A stretch of DNA of 64,000 bases from Acidobacteriota bacterium (GCA_036736005.1 DAINNF010000002.1:193-64192); one strand, 5' to 3'; positions 40,135-50,508 are shown, counted from the first letter of the stretch. Program-made: numbers and translations. The notes: generated from the sequence alone by a model not told the origin.

Positions 40135-40210
40135 TGGCTCCGGAGGAGGGACTTGAACCCCCGACAAAGTGGTTAACAGCCACCTGCTCTACCAACTGAG
40201 CTACTCCGGA
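40135..40210 (-). tRNA. tRNA-Asn (anticodon GTT), CCA encoded
   Basis: The reverse complement folds as a 76-nt cloverleaf: TCCGGAG-TA-GCTC-AGTTGGTA-GAGC-A-GGTGG-CTGTTAA-CCACT-TTGTC-GGGGG-TTCAAGT-CCCTC-CTCCGGA-G-CCA. Seven T follow directly (40134->40128). Confidence 0.95.
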
Positions 40211-40228
40211 ACCCGTCAAGCGAAACGA

Positions 40229-40257
40229 ATGGTATCAAATCGCTGAAAACGCGTCAA
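40229..40257 (-). promoter_or_regulatory. Possible sigma-70-type promoter for tRNA-Asn
   Basis: The minus strand reads TTGACG (40257-40252), 17 nt, TACCAT (40234-40229). It overlaps the stop codon of the upstream DUF302 gene. Confidence 0.35.
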
Positions 40258-40751
40258 TCGGTTTTTTGACTCAGCAGTTTTTCCAGAATTTCCTGTTCTG
40301 TTTCTTCTACTTTACCCATGGCGTCTTTGATGACGCCACCGAATATCCGGGACATCAGTCCAACATTCATTTTGGCAATGATGACCCGTCCGTCCGATGT
40401 TTCGTATATACTCCAGGAGCAGGGCATGATGGCGGACATTCTGGGGCTGTCTTCCAGCACGCGTCGTGCCATGGCAGGGTTGCACAGGAAGTAAGTGACC
40501 ATCCGGTTGATATTGCCCGGGGCCTGGTTTTTTTCATCCAGTTTGGCATACATGTCCAGCATGTCCATGGGCATACCCCAGCCCTGTTCCTTGTATTGGG
40601 GAACCAGCGCTTCGAACCGGGCACGGGTTTCTTCAAAACTGTATGGGCTTTCAACGGTTGCGATCATCCGGCTTTTCATAAGGGATACCATGATCAAACC
40701 GGCACCGATGATCCCGATGATCAATCCGATAATCAGACCTGTTGCGTTCAT
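40254..40751 (-). CDS. DUF302-domain protein with an N-terminal TM anchor
   Basis: LIIGLIIGIIGAGLIMV anchor. DUF302 core ...TYFLCNPAMARRVLEDSPRMSAIMPCSWSIYETSDGRVII. Confidence 0.7.
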   Translation of the reverse strand: MNATGLIIGLIIGIIGAGLIMVSLMKSRMIATVESPYSFEETRARFEALVPQYKEQGWGMPMDMLDMYAKLDEKNQAPGNINRMVTYFLCNPAMARRVLEDSPRMSAIMPCSWSIYETSDGRVIIAKMNVGLMSRIFGGVIKDAMGKVEETEQEILEKLLSQKTD

Positions 40752-40866
40752 ATTGCCTCCTTGGTCCGGGCTGCGCGCAGCATCTGCCCGTTTCCTGTTA
40801 TTCGGCGGATAGGATGCCGTTTCTGCGGGTCCGGTTACAGAACCGTGCCTGTGAGCGCCGGTTTGT

Positions 40867-43503
40867 CTATTTTGCTTTCGCCCAGTTGGTACCGGTGGCG
40901 GTATTCACCGCCAGGGGCACGCTCAGGTCCATCACTCCGGTCATATGGGCGGTGACCAGATCCCGTAATGCGTCCACCTGGTCTTCTTTCACCTCGAAAA
41001 CCAGCTCGTCATGGACCTGGAGAATCATGGCGGCGGTAAGGCTCGATTCAGCCAGTGCGTGGTGGATCCGGATCATGGCCAGCTTGATGATATCGGCGGC
41101 GGTACCCTGGATCGGGGTATTGACTGCGATCCGTTCCGCGGCCTGCCGGAGATTGCCGTTCTTGCTGTTGATGTCGGGGACCGTACGCTTCCGTCCGAAA
41201 AGAGTGGAAATATAGCCGTTTTCCCGGGTACTCTCGATGGTATGGTCAATGAAACGCCGGACCGCGGGCATCCGTTCGAAATAGTGTTCAATGAATTCCC
41301 GGGCTTCCCCCACCGGAATGCCCAGTTCCCGTGCCATGGAAAATTCCCGCTTACCGTACACCACACCAAAATTGATTGCCTTGGCGCGGGTGCGGAGTTC
41401 CGGTGTTACGTCTTCCGGTTCGACGCCGAACAGTTCCCGTGCCGTCCGTGCATGAATATCTTCCCCTTCGCGGAAGGCCCGTGTGAGTGTTTCATCTTCC
41501 GATAAATGTGCCAGTACCCGCAGTTCCACCTGGCTGTAATCGGCTGCCAGGAGCACCATCCCTTCCGGGGCGACAAACGCTTCCCGGATCCGCTGACCTT
41601 CGGAGGTCCGGATGGGGATATTCTGCAAATTGGGGTTGGAGGAGGAAAGCCTGCCGGTGGCGGCGACGGTCTGGTTATAAGAGGTGTGGATGCGCCCGGT
41701 TTTCGGATGGATCAGCTCGGGTAATGCATCAACATAGGTAGACTTCAGTTTGGCGAACATCCGGTAATCCACCACCAGCCGTGCAATCTCATGATCGGTT
41801 GCCAGTTCTTCCAAGACTTCGTGGCTGGTGGAATAGTTTTTTGTTTTCTTCGTCCGCCTCACCACCGGGAGTCCCATCTTGTCAAACAGGATGGTGCCCA
41901 GTTGCTTCGGTGAATTGATGTTGAACTCGGTCCCCGCCTCCCGGTAGATCGCAGTTTCCAGATCGTCCAGTTTGCCGGCGAATTCTTCCGAAAGCGACTG
42001 GAGAAAATCCCGGTCTACACGGATTCCGTGACGTTCCATATCGCCCAGTACCGGAACCAGGGGGGCTTCAATGTCCTGATAGAGTCCGGTCAGTCCCTGG
42101 GTTTCCATCTGTGGCTCAAAGTGAGCGGCCAGCTGCCAGGCGACGTCGGAGTCCTCGCAGGCATACCGGTAGACATCTTCCGCTTTCAGATCACAGAAGC
42201 TTCCGTCCCCCACCAGTTCCTTGTAGGTGATGGTATTGCGCCCCAGAAACCGGGGTGCCAGATCATCAAGACTGTGCTGTCGTAATGTGGCATCCAGCAG
42301 GTAGGACTGAATCATGGAATCGCGTAGAACACCGCGCAGGGTGATCCCGAAGGCCTGGAGTACTTCGTACTCATACTTGAGGTTGTGCCCCACCTTGACG
42401 ATGTCGGGATCTTCCAGCATCGGTTTCAGTTCATTCAGAATGTCTTGCGGTTCGAGTACCGGGGTACCTTCGGAGAGAAACGGGATATAGACCGCTTCAT
42501 GGGCGTTCCAGCAAAGTGATATGCCGGCCAGCCGGGGAGATACGGTGTCCAGATCACAGGTTTCGAAGTCAAACGCGAACCGGTTGTGTTTCTTCAATTC
42601 CCCGATGGCGGCATCCGCTTCTTCCCGTGAGGCTGCCATGCGGTATCGGTCTTCCGGGGCGGGCGAGTCTTCCGCTCCCAGCTCTTTCAGCAGGGACTGG
42701 AAATTCAGTTTCCGGAGTACCGGCGCGATGGCTTCCGGCTCGGGGGGCGTGTACGTCCAGGCGTCCGGCTTGAACGGGATGTCGGCATCCCGTTTCAGCG
42801 TAACCAGGTCCAGGGAGAGGCGGACATTATCACGGCTTTCCTCCAGGTTCTCCCGTTTTTTCCCTTTGATATCTTCCAGATTCTCATAAATGCCGTCAAT
42901 GCTGCCGTACTGCGTGATGAGCTGAATGGCAGTCTTGGGGCCGATTCCCTTTGCTCCCGGAATATTGTCCGAACTGTCCCCCATCAGGGCGAGTACCTGT
43001 GCCACCTTTTCCGGTTCCACACCGAACGTTTCCTTCACGCCCGCCGCGTCCAGAATCCGGTCTTCCTTTCGGGGATCCAGGATATAGACGCCCTCTTCTA
43101 CGAGCTGGAACAGATCTTTGTCCGAAGTGACGATGTACACGTCGTACCCCTCTTCACGTCCCTGTTCCGCCATTACGGCAATCAGGTCGTCCGCCTCCAG
43201 TCCCGGTTGCTCCAGTTCGGGAATTGCGAAAGCTGCCGTCACTTCGTGAATCAGCGGAATCTGATCCCGGAGATCATCCGGCATCTTGGCCCGGTTGGCC
43301 TTGTACTCCGGATACATCTCGTGGCGGAATGTGGGCCCCTTTGAATCGAAAACGGCCACCACTGCTTCCGGCCGATGCTGGTCGATCAGGCGCATCAGGA
43401 TTCGTGTAAATCCGTACACGGCATTGTTGCTCAGATTCCGGATCGCGTAATAGGACCGGAAAATGTGGGCATAGGCATCAATAATGAACAGTTTGCGCGC
43501 CAT
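40867..43503 (-). CDS. polA: DNA polymerase I
   Basis: 5'-nuclease (LFIIDAYAHIFRSYYA), 3'-5' exonuclease and polymerase motifs (LLAADYSQVELRVLAH, RTRAKAINFGVVYG, LQVHDELVFE). The ATG at 43503 has GGGAG 7 nt upstream. Confidence 0.95.
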   Translation of the reverse strand: MARKLFIIDAYAHIFRSYYAIRNLSNNAVYGFTRILMRLIDQHRPEAVVAVFDSKGPTFRHEMYPEYKANRAKMPDDLRDQIPLIHEVTAAFAIPELEQPGLEADDLIAVMAEQGREEGYDVYIVTSDKDLFQLVEEGVYILDPRKEDRILDAAGVKETFGVEPEKVAQVLALMGDSSDNIPGAKGIGPKTAIQLITQYGSIDGIYENLEDIKGKKRENLEESRDNVRLSLDLVTLKRDADIPFKPDAWTYTPPEPEAIAPVLRKLNFQSLLKELGAEDSPAPEDRYRMAASREEADAAIGELKKHNRFAFDFETCDLDTVSPRLAGISLCWNAHEAVYIPFLSEGTPVLEPQDILNELKPMLEDPDIVKVGHNLKYEYEVLQAFGITLRGVLRDSMIQSYLLDATLRQHSLDDLAPRFLGRNTITYKELVGDGSFCDLKAEDVYRYACEDSDVAWQLAAHFEPQMETQGLTGLYQDIEAPLVPVLGDMERHGIRVDRDFLQSLSEEFAGKLDDLETAIYREAGTEFNINSPKQLGTILFDKMGLPVVRRTKKTKNYSTSHEVLEELATDHEIARLVVDYRMFAKLKSTYVDALPELIHPKTGRIHTSYNQTVAATGRLSSSNPNLQNIPIRTSEGQRIREAFVAPEGMVLLAADYSQVELRVLAHLSEDETLTRAFREGEDIHARTARELFGVEPEDVTPELRTRAKAINFGVVYGKREFSMARELGIPVGEAREFIEHYFERMPAVRRFIDHTIESTRENGYISTLFGRKRTVPDINSKNGNLRQAAERIAVNTPIQGTAADIIKLAMIRIHHALAESSLTAAMILQVHDELVFEVKEDQVDALRDLVTAHMTGVMDLSVPLAVNTATGTNWAKAK

Positions 43504-43643
43504 ATATTCTCCCTGCAGACGATTTTGCAACGGCTTTCCGTTTGTAATGGTCCGGTTTTGTATGGTCCGGCAAAAATCATAACACAGCAGGGGCGGTGTG
43601 TTACAATGCCGGTGGTTTGAATACGGATGGAGAGGCTGTCTTT

Positions 43644-44519
43644 ATGAAACAGAATCTGGTGGCACTGGTCGGCACAGGAACCATTGCACAGGGGATTGCG
43701 CTGACACTGGCCCGGCACGCACTGGACGTCATCATGTACGATGACAGTCAGCAGGCGTTGGATAGTGCGCTTGAAGGTATTGCGAATTCAATTGATCGTG
43801 AAATTGACAAATGGGGAATGACGGAGAGCGAAAAGCGCGCATCGTTGAGCCGGATCGATACCACCACGGTAAAAGCCGACCTGGCCCAGGCCTCGGTATT
43901 TTTTGAATCCAAGGGCGTCAAGCTGGAAGAAAAACGTGAGTTGATGGCCAAACTGGACAACCTCAGCGATGACGAAGCACTGCTGATCATGACCACCACC
44001 ACCATCGGTGTGACCGAGGTTTCACAGGTACTGAAGCAGCCGGACCGGCTGATCGGTCTTCATTTTCTGCACCCGGTGTACAAGGTTCCGGTTGTGGAGG
44101 TGGTCAAGGGTCTTCACACCTCCGCCCAGACGGTTGATGAAACACGCGCACTGCTCAGTGATCTGGATCGGGAATATATCGAGGTCTTTGAATATCCGGG
44201 ATATGTAACCACCCGTGTCATTCTGCCGCTGCTCAATGAAGCCATGCATGTACTGATGGAGGGACTGGCAACTGCCGATGATATTGACAAGGCGATCCGT
44301 CTCGGTTTCGACCTGTCCATGGGGCCGCTGGCCCTGTCGGATTTTATCGGGCTGGACACGCTCCTGGGATGGATGGAGTCGCTTCACCGGGAACTGGGTG
44401 AACCCAAATACCGGGCATGTCCGTTGTTGCGCCGTATGGTGCGGGAACAGAAGTTGGGTGTCAAGACCGGAGAAGGATTCTTCAAATATGACAAGGATGG
44501 AAAGCGGGTGTATGCATGA
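43644..44519 (+). CDS. hbd: 3-hydroxyacyl-CoA (3-hydroxybutyryl-CoA) dehydrogenase
   Basis: VALVGTGTIAQGIA Rossmann motif. HFLHPVYKVPVVEVV. C-terminal domain KLGVKTGEGFFKY. ATG at 43644 with a GGAGAGG RBS. Confidence 0.8.
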   Translation: MKQNLVALVGTGTIAQGIALTLARHALDVIMYDDSQQALDSALEGIANSIDREIDKWGMTESEKRASLSRIDTTTVKADLAQASVFFESKGVKLEEKRELMAKLDNLSDDEALLIMTTTTIGVTEVSQVLKQPDRLIGLHFLHPVYKVPVVEVVKGLHTSAQTVDETRALLSDLDREYIEVFEYPGYVTTRVILPLLNEAMHVLMEGLATADDIDKAIRLGFDLSMGPLALSDFIGLDTLLGWMESLHRELGEPKYRACPLLRRMVREQKLGVKTGEGFFKYDKDGKRVYA

Positions 44520-45727
44520 TCATCCTCACATTGAACTGCGGTTCCTCGAGCGTCAAGTATCAGCTGATTGACACGAAAAACCAGAAGAAACTGGCCAAAG
44601 GGAGCGTGGAACGGATCGGGATGGCGTCGTCCATCGTTTCTATCGTAACCTCCGGCGGACAGGACAAGAAACTGACCCGGGAAATTCTGGACCACACCAT
44701 GGCCATTAACGCCATCATGGAATTGCTGGTGGACCCCAACCTGAAGGTGATCAACTCCTATGACCAGATCGACGCGGTCGGTCATCGGGTGGTGCATGGT
44801 GGGGAAGAGTTCAAAGGTTCCATGTTGATCGACAAGCCGGTCAAGGACAAGTTGAAAGAGAATATCAAACTGGCACCGCTGCACAATCCGCCCAACCTGA
44901 AGGGGATCGAAGCAGCCGAACGGGCCTTGCCGGACAAACCCCATGTCGGCGTGTTCGATACGGCATTTCATTCCACCATGCCGGCCCATGCGTACATTTA
45001 TCCCATTCCGTACGTATTCTACAAGCGGTACCAGATCCGCCGCTACGGTTTCCACGGAACGTCCCACCGGTATGTGTCCAATCAACTGACTGAATTTTAC
45101 AAGGACGGGGCAAAAGGAAAAAAGGTGGTGACCGCTCATATCGGGAACGGTGCCTCCATGGCGGCGATCATGGATGGGAAGTCAGTAGATACGACAATGG
45201 GCTTCACGCCGCTGGAAGGGCTGGTGATGGGCAGCCGTTGCGGGGACATTGACCCGGCGATCATTCTATATATTATGAACCTGCAGGATCTGTCCAAGCA
45301 TGAGGCGGATTCGCTGCTGAACAAGCACAGCGGTCTGATTGGCATTTCCGGTATCTCCAGCGACTGCAGGGACCTGGAAGAAGAGATGGAGCAGGGGAAT
45401 GAACGGGCGAAACTGGCCCTGGAGATCTACTGCTACCGGATCCGGAAATATATCGGTTCCTATGCCGCGGCCATGGGCGGCCTGGACGCGGTCATTTTCA
45501 CCGCCGGCGTTGGCGAAAACAGTTCATATGTTCGGGAAAAGGTCTGTGAAGACTTGAAATTCCTGGGTATCGAACTGGACAAGACCAAGAACAGCCGGCG
45601 GGCCAAGAAAGCACGGAAGATCAGTTCCGAGAACTCGGCCGTGGATGTATTTGTCATCCCCACCGACGAGGAACTGGTCATTGCGATGGACACGGAAAAA
45701 ATCGTAAAGGAGAGCGTAACAACATGA
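44516..45727 (+). CDS. ackA: Acetate kinase
   Basis: ILTLNCGSSSVKYQL...GHRVVHGG...FDTAFH...RRYGFHGTSH...IPTDEE. ATGA overlap with hbd. Confidence 0.95.
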   Translation: MIILTLNCGSSSVKYQLIDTKNQKKLAKGSVERIGMASSIVSIVTSGGQDKKLTREILDHTMAINAIMELLVDPNLKVINSYDQIDAVGHRVVHGGEEFKGSMLIDKPVKDKLKENIKLAPLHNPPNLKGIEAAERALPDKPHVGVFDTAFHSTMPAHAYIYPIPYVFYKRYQIRRYGFHGTSHRYVSNQLTEFYKDGAKGKKVVTAHIGNGASMAAIMDGKSVDTTMGFTPLEGLVMGSRCGDIDPAIILYIMNLQDLSKHEADSLLNKHSGLIGISGISSDCRDLEEEMEQGNERAKLALEIYCYRIRKYIGSYAAAMGGLDAVIFTAGVGENSSYVREKVCEDLKFLGIELDKTKNSRRAKKARKISSENSAVDVFVIPTDEELVIAMDTEKIVKESVTT

Positions 45728-47037
45728 GAAAACTGATTGTCATCGGCCTGATCCTGATGGCGGGAAGCCTGGCTCACGGAGAGAGCATGTTTCTGGTGGA
45801 CCAGGGAGCATCGGGGACGGCGACTTCCGGTATCCAGACAGCATCTGTGGCGGACGGTTCAGCACTTTTTTACAATCCGGCCCAGCTCAGTACAGTCAAT
45901 ACCTTTGATCTTCAGCTGACGGGCAGTGTGCTGTTTCCCAGTCTGGCTTACTCCACCCGTTCCGGCAATACCTACAACGGGTCCAAGAAGGTCCTGACAC
46001 CGGGCAGCCTGTTCCTGACCATACCGGTGTCCGATCGGGTGACAATCGGAGTTGGTGCGACAACACCGGTGATGGGAGACAATAGCTGGAAGGCATCTTT
46101 TCCGGGGCGATTCTCCGGTTCCCGGTATAAGGTAACGGCCAACACCATTTCGGTTGGTGCCGGTTTCCGGTTGGGAGCACGGGCCCGTGTCGGTCTCAGT
46201 GCCGACTTCAGCCGGGCATCCCTGATCTATGAGAACCGTCTGGTCACCGATTACTTTGACATTATCGGTGGAGATGAACATTATCTCGGGCTGTACGAGG
46301 CGAAAGCCGGCATTGACGGGTCCGAAACCGCATCCGGTTTCACAGCCGGTTTCAGTGTGGACCTGACTCCCCGCTGGACCGTGTCCATGGTATACAAGAC
46401 CAAGCAGGAGTTTGACTTTGATGCGCTGCCGGTTGAATTTTCCCAGATGACCCTGCTGAATGTCCCCAATGCTGTTGCGTCCTTTGAACGTGAATTTTCT
46501 GAAGCGGATACCATCAGCACGGTTTTTGATATTCCGGCATCCGGTTCGATCGGTGTGGCGTTCAAACCGAACAACCGTTGGGTGATTGAAATCGACTATT
46601 CAGTTATGATGTTCTCTGATGCGCGTCCGTACTTTTTTGATTATGCCGTTGATTCGGATTCCATTGTCGATCGGGGTATGACGGCTCCCTGGAAAGACAT
46701 GGATGTGTACGGAATGTCGTTGAACTACAAGGCAACAAAAGAAATCACGCTGATGGGTGGTTTGCGCTACGCATCCGACGTCATTCCGTTTGATGATCTC
46801 ACCTCGATTGATCCATCCGGGGAGAAGTTCTGGTTGTCACTGGGGATGAGTAAACTGGATGAGGGAAACGGCTGGAGCTTTGCATTGTTGTTCAAGACCT
46901 ATCGGGATGAAACCGTGAATTACCAGGAGTACGCAATCAATCCGACGGTTCCCGGCAGACTCGAGCCCATGGATTCGCCGGGTCAGTATGACCGCCATTT
47001 CATGGGATTTTCGTTCAGTTATCACATCCGGTTCTAA
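45724..47037 (+). CDS. FadL/OmpP1/TodX-type outer-membrane transport protein
   Basis: Signal peptide, N-terminal hatch motif (...SVADGSALFYNPAQLS), beta-barrel periodicity, C-terminal FSFSYHIRF. ATGA overlap with ackA. Confidence 0.7.
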   Translation: MRKLIVIGLILMAGSLAHGESMFLVDQGASGTATSGIQTASVADGSALFYNPAQLSTVNTFDLQLTGSVLFPSLAYSTRSGNTYNGSKKVLTPGSLFLTIPVSDRVTIGVGATTPVMGDNSWKASFPGRFSGSRYKVTANTISVGAGFRLGARARVGLSADFSRASLIYENRLVTDYFDIIGGDEHYLGLYEAKAGIDGSETASGFTAGFSVDLTPRWTVSMVYKTKQEFDFDALPVEFSQMTLLNVPNAVASFEREFSEADTISTVFDIPASGSIGVAFKPNNRWVIEIDYSVMMFSDARPYFFDYAVDSDSIVDRGMTAPWKDMDVYGMSLNYKATKEITLMGGLRYASDVIPFDDLTSIDPSGEKFWLSLGMSKLDEGNGWSFALLFKTYRDETVNYQEYAINPTVPGRLEPMDSPGQYDRHFMGFSFSYHIRF

Positions 47038-47065
47038 CCGTCACAACATCGAAATGTATCGATTG

Positions 47066-47088
47066 CCCCCGCCGATGCGGGGGTTTTT
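47066..47088 (+). terminator. Intrinsic terminator after the hbd-ackA-OMP operon
   Basis: CCCCCGC (47066-47072), CGAT loop, GCGGGGG (47077-47083), then TTTTT. Confidence 0.75.
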
Positions 47089-48181
47089 ATTTGGCCGAAT
47101 GACGTCGGATCTTCTGCCTCAGTCTGTTTCTTCTGTGCTGAAGGGATTCCCTCCGGCGCCTGTTCAGGCCCGACCGGTTGAGAAGCATTTCGGTCAGATT
47201 CAGGGCCGCTTGATAGTCCCGCCGGTCATGTTCATGGTATTTTGCCAGTTCTTCTCCGGCCTCCACCGTATCCTGCTGTGTCCACAATGCTGCCGCTTCC
47301 CGGCGGCTTCCCATTCGTTTCAGTGCCCGGGCGTGCAATCGTCCGGCCTCTGCAACCAGTGACCCGGATGCAGATTCAATGGACGCATGTTTCAGCATCT
47401 CGCAGCATTCCCGGTCGGCCCCGGCCTGGAAGAGTTTTCGCGCCATGGCCAGGCGGAAATGGGGATTATCCATTCGCAGGCAGCCCGAGGCCAGCCGTTG
47501 CAGCAGGTAGGCCAGGGATACGATGTCCTGTAGATTGTGCCGCAGAACCTGCCGGATCTGCCCCCGGCCCCGGCCCATGAGATAATCCCGGTAAACGGCC
47601 GGAACCAAAGCACCGGGCAGATCTCCCTGGCGCCGGATACCCAGTATATGGTTTTCCACGTCTCCCAGTCTGAATTGAGGCATGCGGTGCCGCCAGACGG
47701 AACGGGCGGCGTGGAGAAGATCGGGCGTTTCCAGTTCCGGTTCATCAAACCGGTTCAGGATATACCGGTTCATGAGCAACGGGATGTCAAATGATTTTCC
47801 GTTGTAGGTGACCACGACCGGCCGTTCGCCGAAGATCTCATACAGTGCCTGGAGCAGACGGGGTTCCATCGCAGGGGTGCCGATGAAATACTGATGTACC
47901 GTCAACCCGTCGGGTCCCGGAAGGCCGATGCCTGCCTGAAAAATAAGGCTGCCCGCCCCGCCCGAAAGCCCGGTGGTTTCGGTATCGAAAAAGCAGATGC
48001 GGGAGAGAGGTCCACGAACCCCGGATAACCGGTAGAGTGCGTCCGAGAAAGGCACCCGGTCTTCCGGGAACGGTACCTGATGAGTGGTCAGGAATGGAAC
48101 TTCTTCTTTGGGTGCGCCCGGTTTTTTCTGTGCAAAGGGCCGTCCTGAAGCGTTTCGGAGATTGCTGAAATCTACCGCCAT
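47087..48181 (-). CDS. RNase H-like (YprB-type DEDD exonuclease fold) protein with a helical-repeat C-terminus
   Basis: ICFFDTETTGLSG...VVVTYNGKSFDIPLL...LRHNLQDIVSL. The C-terminal ~130 aa is TPR-like. Confidence 0.6.
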   Translation of the reverse strand: MAVDFSNLRNASGRPFAQKKPGAPKEEVPFLTTHQVPFPEDRVPFSDALYRLSGVRGPLSRICFFDTETTGLSGGAGSLIFQAGIGLPGPDGLTVHQYFIGTPAMEPRLLQALYEIFGERPVVVTYNGKSFDIPLLMNRYILNRFDEPELETPDLLHAARSVWRHRMPQFRLGDVENHILGIRRQGDLPGALVPAVYRDYLMGRGRGQIRQVLRHNLQDIVSLAYLLQRLASGCLRMDNPHFRLAMARKLFQAGADRECCEMLKHASIESASGSLVAEAGRLHARALKRMGSRREAAALWTQQDTVEAGEELAKYHEHDRRDYQAALNLTEMLLNRSGLNRRRRESLQHRRNRLRQKIRRHSAK

Positions 48182-49038
48182 GTTCCGATCCGCTGTCCCA
48201 TCAGGACCCGGTCTCCTGTCCTTACCGTGAGTTCGAGTGCTCCCGGTTTGAAGAAGAGAATGACAGTGGACCCCATCCGGAAATATGCCAGTTCGTCCCC
48301 CATATTTCCCGTATCCTGATCCAGCGGAATGGTGGACGATGTCCGACGACCCCGCCTGTTCGTTTCAAAATCGGAAAGTGTCAGGCCGATACGCCCCACA
48401 TTCAGGGCCCCCACCAGTGCCATTGCCAGGGTGTGTCTGTCGTCGGACAATTGAAGCAGAATCCGTTCATTCCGGGTCATGACCCGGGGAAATGTGTTCA
48501 CGGAAAAAGCGTTGACGGGATAGAGTTTTCCCGGCTGATAGCGTGCTTCGGTGATCCGTCCGCTGATCGGGAAATGGATCCGGTGATAGTCACGGGGGGA
48601 GAGATACAACTGGACATAGGTTCCATTGCGGTACCGCTCTTCCGCCTCACCGTCGGTCATCAGATCGGCGACTGCATACGGGCTGCCTTTGATCTGAAAC
48701 GCGCAGCTATTTTCGTCAATTTCTCCCGCGGTCATTACCAGGGCATCTACCGGTGACACCACGTTTCCGGTTCCGGTCTGGATCGGCCGGCTTCCCGGTT
48801 TCAGGCGCCGGATGAAAAAATCACCCAGGGAGGCATAATTCATCGGATCCTGTTCGACTTCCTGTGTCTCAATGTCGAACATGCGGATATACCGGCGGAT
48901 GACCCACTTCACAAGGAACCGGGGTCTACGCAGATCCGCCAGTTTTCCGAACAGACGCGAGATTATTCGATGGGAGAGCAGCTTTAGTATGGCGGACCGG
49001 AAATAATCAGACAGCGTCATAGCAGGGCGGTCAGACAT
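48172..49038 (-). CDS. psd: Phosphatidylserine decarboxylase proenzyme
   Basis: YHRIHFP motif and the self-cleavage site FRMGSTVILFF. Confidence 0.9.
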   Translation of the reverse strand: MSDRPAMTLSDYFRSAILKLLSHRIISRLFGKLADLRRPRFLVKWVIRRYIRMFDIETQEVEQDPMNYASLGDFFIRRLKPGSRPIQTGTGNVVSPVDALVMTAGEIDENSCAFQIKGSPYAVADLMTDGEAEERYRNGTYVQLYLSPRDYHRIHFPISGRITEARYQPGKLYPVNAFSVNTFPRVMTRNERILLQLSDDRHTLAMALVGALNVGRIGLTLSDFETNRRGRRTSSTIPLDQDTGNMGDELAYFRMGSTVILFFKPGALELTVRTGDRVLMGQRIGTWR

Positions 49039-49900
49039 GGTTCAACGCCCGGAAGAGCTCGTCTGCCATGTAGGAACTGCGGACAAGCGGGCCTGCGAAC
49101 ACCTGTGAAAAGCCCACTTGGCGGGCCATCTGTTCCAGCTCCTGGAATTCCTCGGGGGAATAGTAATGCCGGACCGGAACGTTGGCTGTGGTGGGCCTGA
49201 GGTACTGGCCGATGGTCAGGATGGAGACGCCACTGGTATGGAGATCATTCATCAGTTTCTCCAGTTCTTCCCGGGTTTCTCCCAGCCCGACCATGAAGCC
49301 GGATTTAACAGGGATACTCGTGGTGTCTGCGGCTCGCTTCAAGACAGCCAGCGACTGCTCATATCGACCACCTGGCCGGATGTTTTCATACAGGGACGGC
49401 ACCATTTCGACGTTATGGTTGAACACATCGATGGGAGAAGCCAGAACCGAATCCAATGCGTCCAGGTTGCCGTTGAAATCGCTGGTCAGAACTTCGACCC
49501 GGACACCGGCGATATTCCGGATTGCTTCCACTGTGGCAATCAGATGGGCGGCACCCCCATCCGGCAGATCGTCACGGGTCACCATGGTTAAGACGGCGTA
49601 CCGGATCTCCAGTTCACGGACGGTATCCGCAACCCGTTCCGGTTCGCGGGAGTCGGGTGGGGCCGGTCTTCCGCTTTCCACCGAGCAGAAACCGCAGTTG
49701 CGTGTGCAGACATTTCCCAACAGCAGGAAGGTCGCGGTTCCCTTCTGAAAGCAGGTCCCGCGGTTGGGACAACGGGCCGATTCACACACGGTATGCAGGT
49801 GCTGACCCCGAAGGGTCTTTTTCATCCGGTGAAGGTCTCTGAGGTTGATCTTCTCCTTCCGGATCCAGTCCGGAAGCCGTTTTACATCTGGACGATCCAT
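49031..49900 (-). CDS. lipA: Lipoyl synthase
   Basis: CESARCPNRGTC auxiliary cluster and the radical SAM CTRNCGFCSV motif. C-terminal RSSY. Confidence 0.95.
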   Translation of the reverse strand: MDRPDVKRLPDWIRKEKINLRDLHRMKKTLRGQHLHTVCESARCPNRGTCFQKGTATFLLLGNVCTRNCGFCSVESGRPAPPDSREPERVADTVRELEIRYAVLTMVTRDDLPDGGAAHLIATVEAIRNIAGVRVEVLTSDFNGNLDALDSVLASPIDVFNHNVEMVPSLYENIRPGGRYEQSLAVLKRAADTTSIPVKSGFMVGLGETREELEKLMNDLHTSGVSILTIGQYLRPTTANVPVRHYYSPEEFQELEQMARQVGFSQVFAGPLVRSSYMADELFRALNHV

Positions 49901-50508
49901 GGCTTGATTCTATCTTCCCTGCGGATTTTCTCCGCTACTTTGGTTGCCTGTTCCCGGGTGGAGAACACGCCGATGCGCACCTTATACAGGGTACGCCCCC
50001 GTTCACGGGTTTCCAGCAGGTAGACGTTGTATCCTTTCCGTTCGAATTTCTGTTTCAGGGTTTCTGCCGATCCTTTCAAAGGTGTGGCGGTCAGTTGAAT
50101 ATAGTATGTGCTGTCATTCTCTTTCTTCTGTGGCGGTCGGGTTTCGGTTTTCTGTTTCTGTGTTGTGGCGGCCGGTTTGGGCTCCGGTTGTGTGGGTGTT
50201 GATACGGATTCCGGTTCCGTACCGACATGTGTGCGGGTTGTTTCCGGTTCATCAATGATGGGTTCAACCAGGTCTGACGGCATGGTTTCAGACTGACCGG
50301 CGGTCATTTCAGTGTCCCGGGGTGTTTCCGCAGACATGATTTCCGTTTCATTGACGACCGGAACCGGTCCGTTCAGTTGCTGGTCATCGCGGGGCGCATG
50401 CGAGCAGACCCAGATGCCCAGCAGAAAAGTGAAAACGGAGAAAACCAGTGCACCAACCAGAAACCAGGTGTAGACGGGAATATCAGTCCGCTCTTTCATG
50501 GGTGCCAA
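49882..50508 (-). CDS. SPOR-domain membrane protein
   Basis: N-terminal TM, a Pro/Thr/Glu-rich linker, and a C-terminal SPOR fold (YYIQLTAT...YKVRIGVFSTREQATKVAEKI). Confidence 0.75.
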   Translation of the reverse strand: MAPMKERTDIPVYTWFLVGALVFSVFTFLLGIWVCSHAPRDDQQLNGPVPVVNETEIMSAETPRDTEMTAGQSETMPSDLVEPIIDEPETTRTHVGTEPESVSTPTQPEPKPAATTQKQKTETRPPQKKENDSTYYIQLTATPLKGSAETLKQKFERKGYNVYLLETRERGRTLYKVRIGVFSTREQATKVAEKIRREDRIKPWIVQM

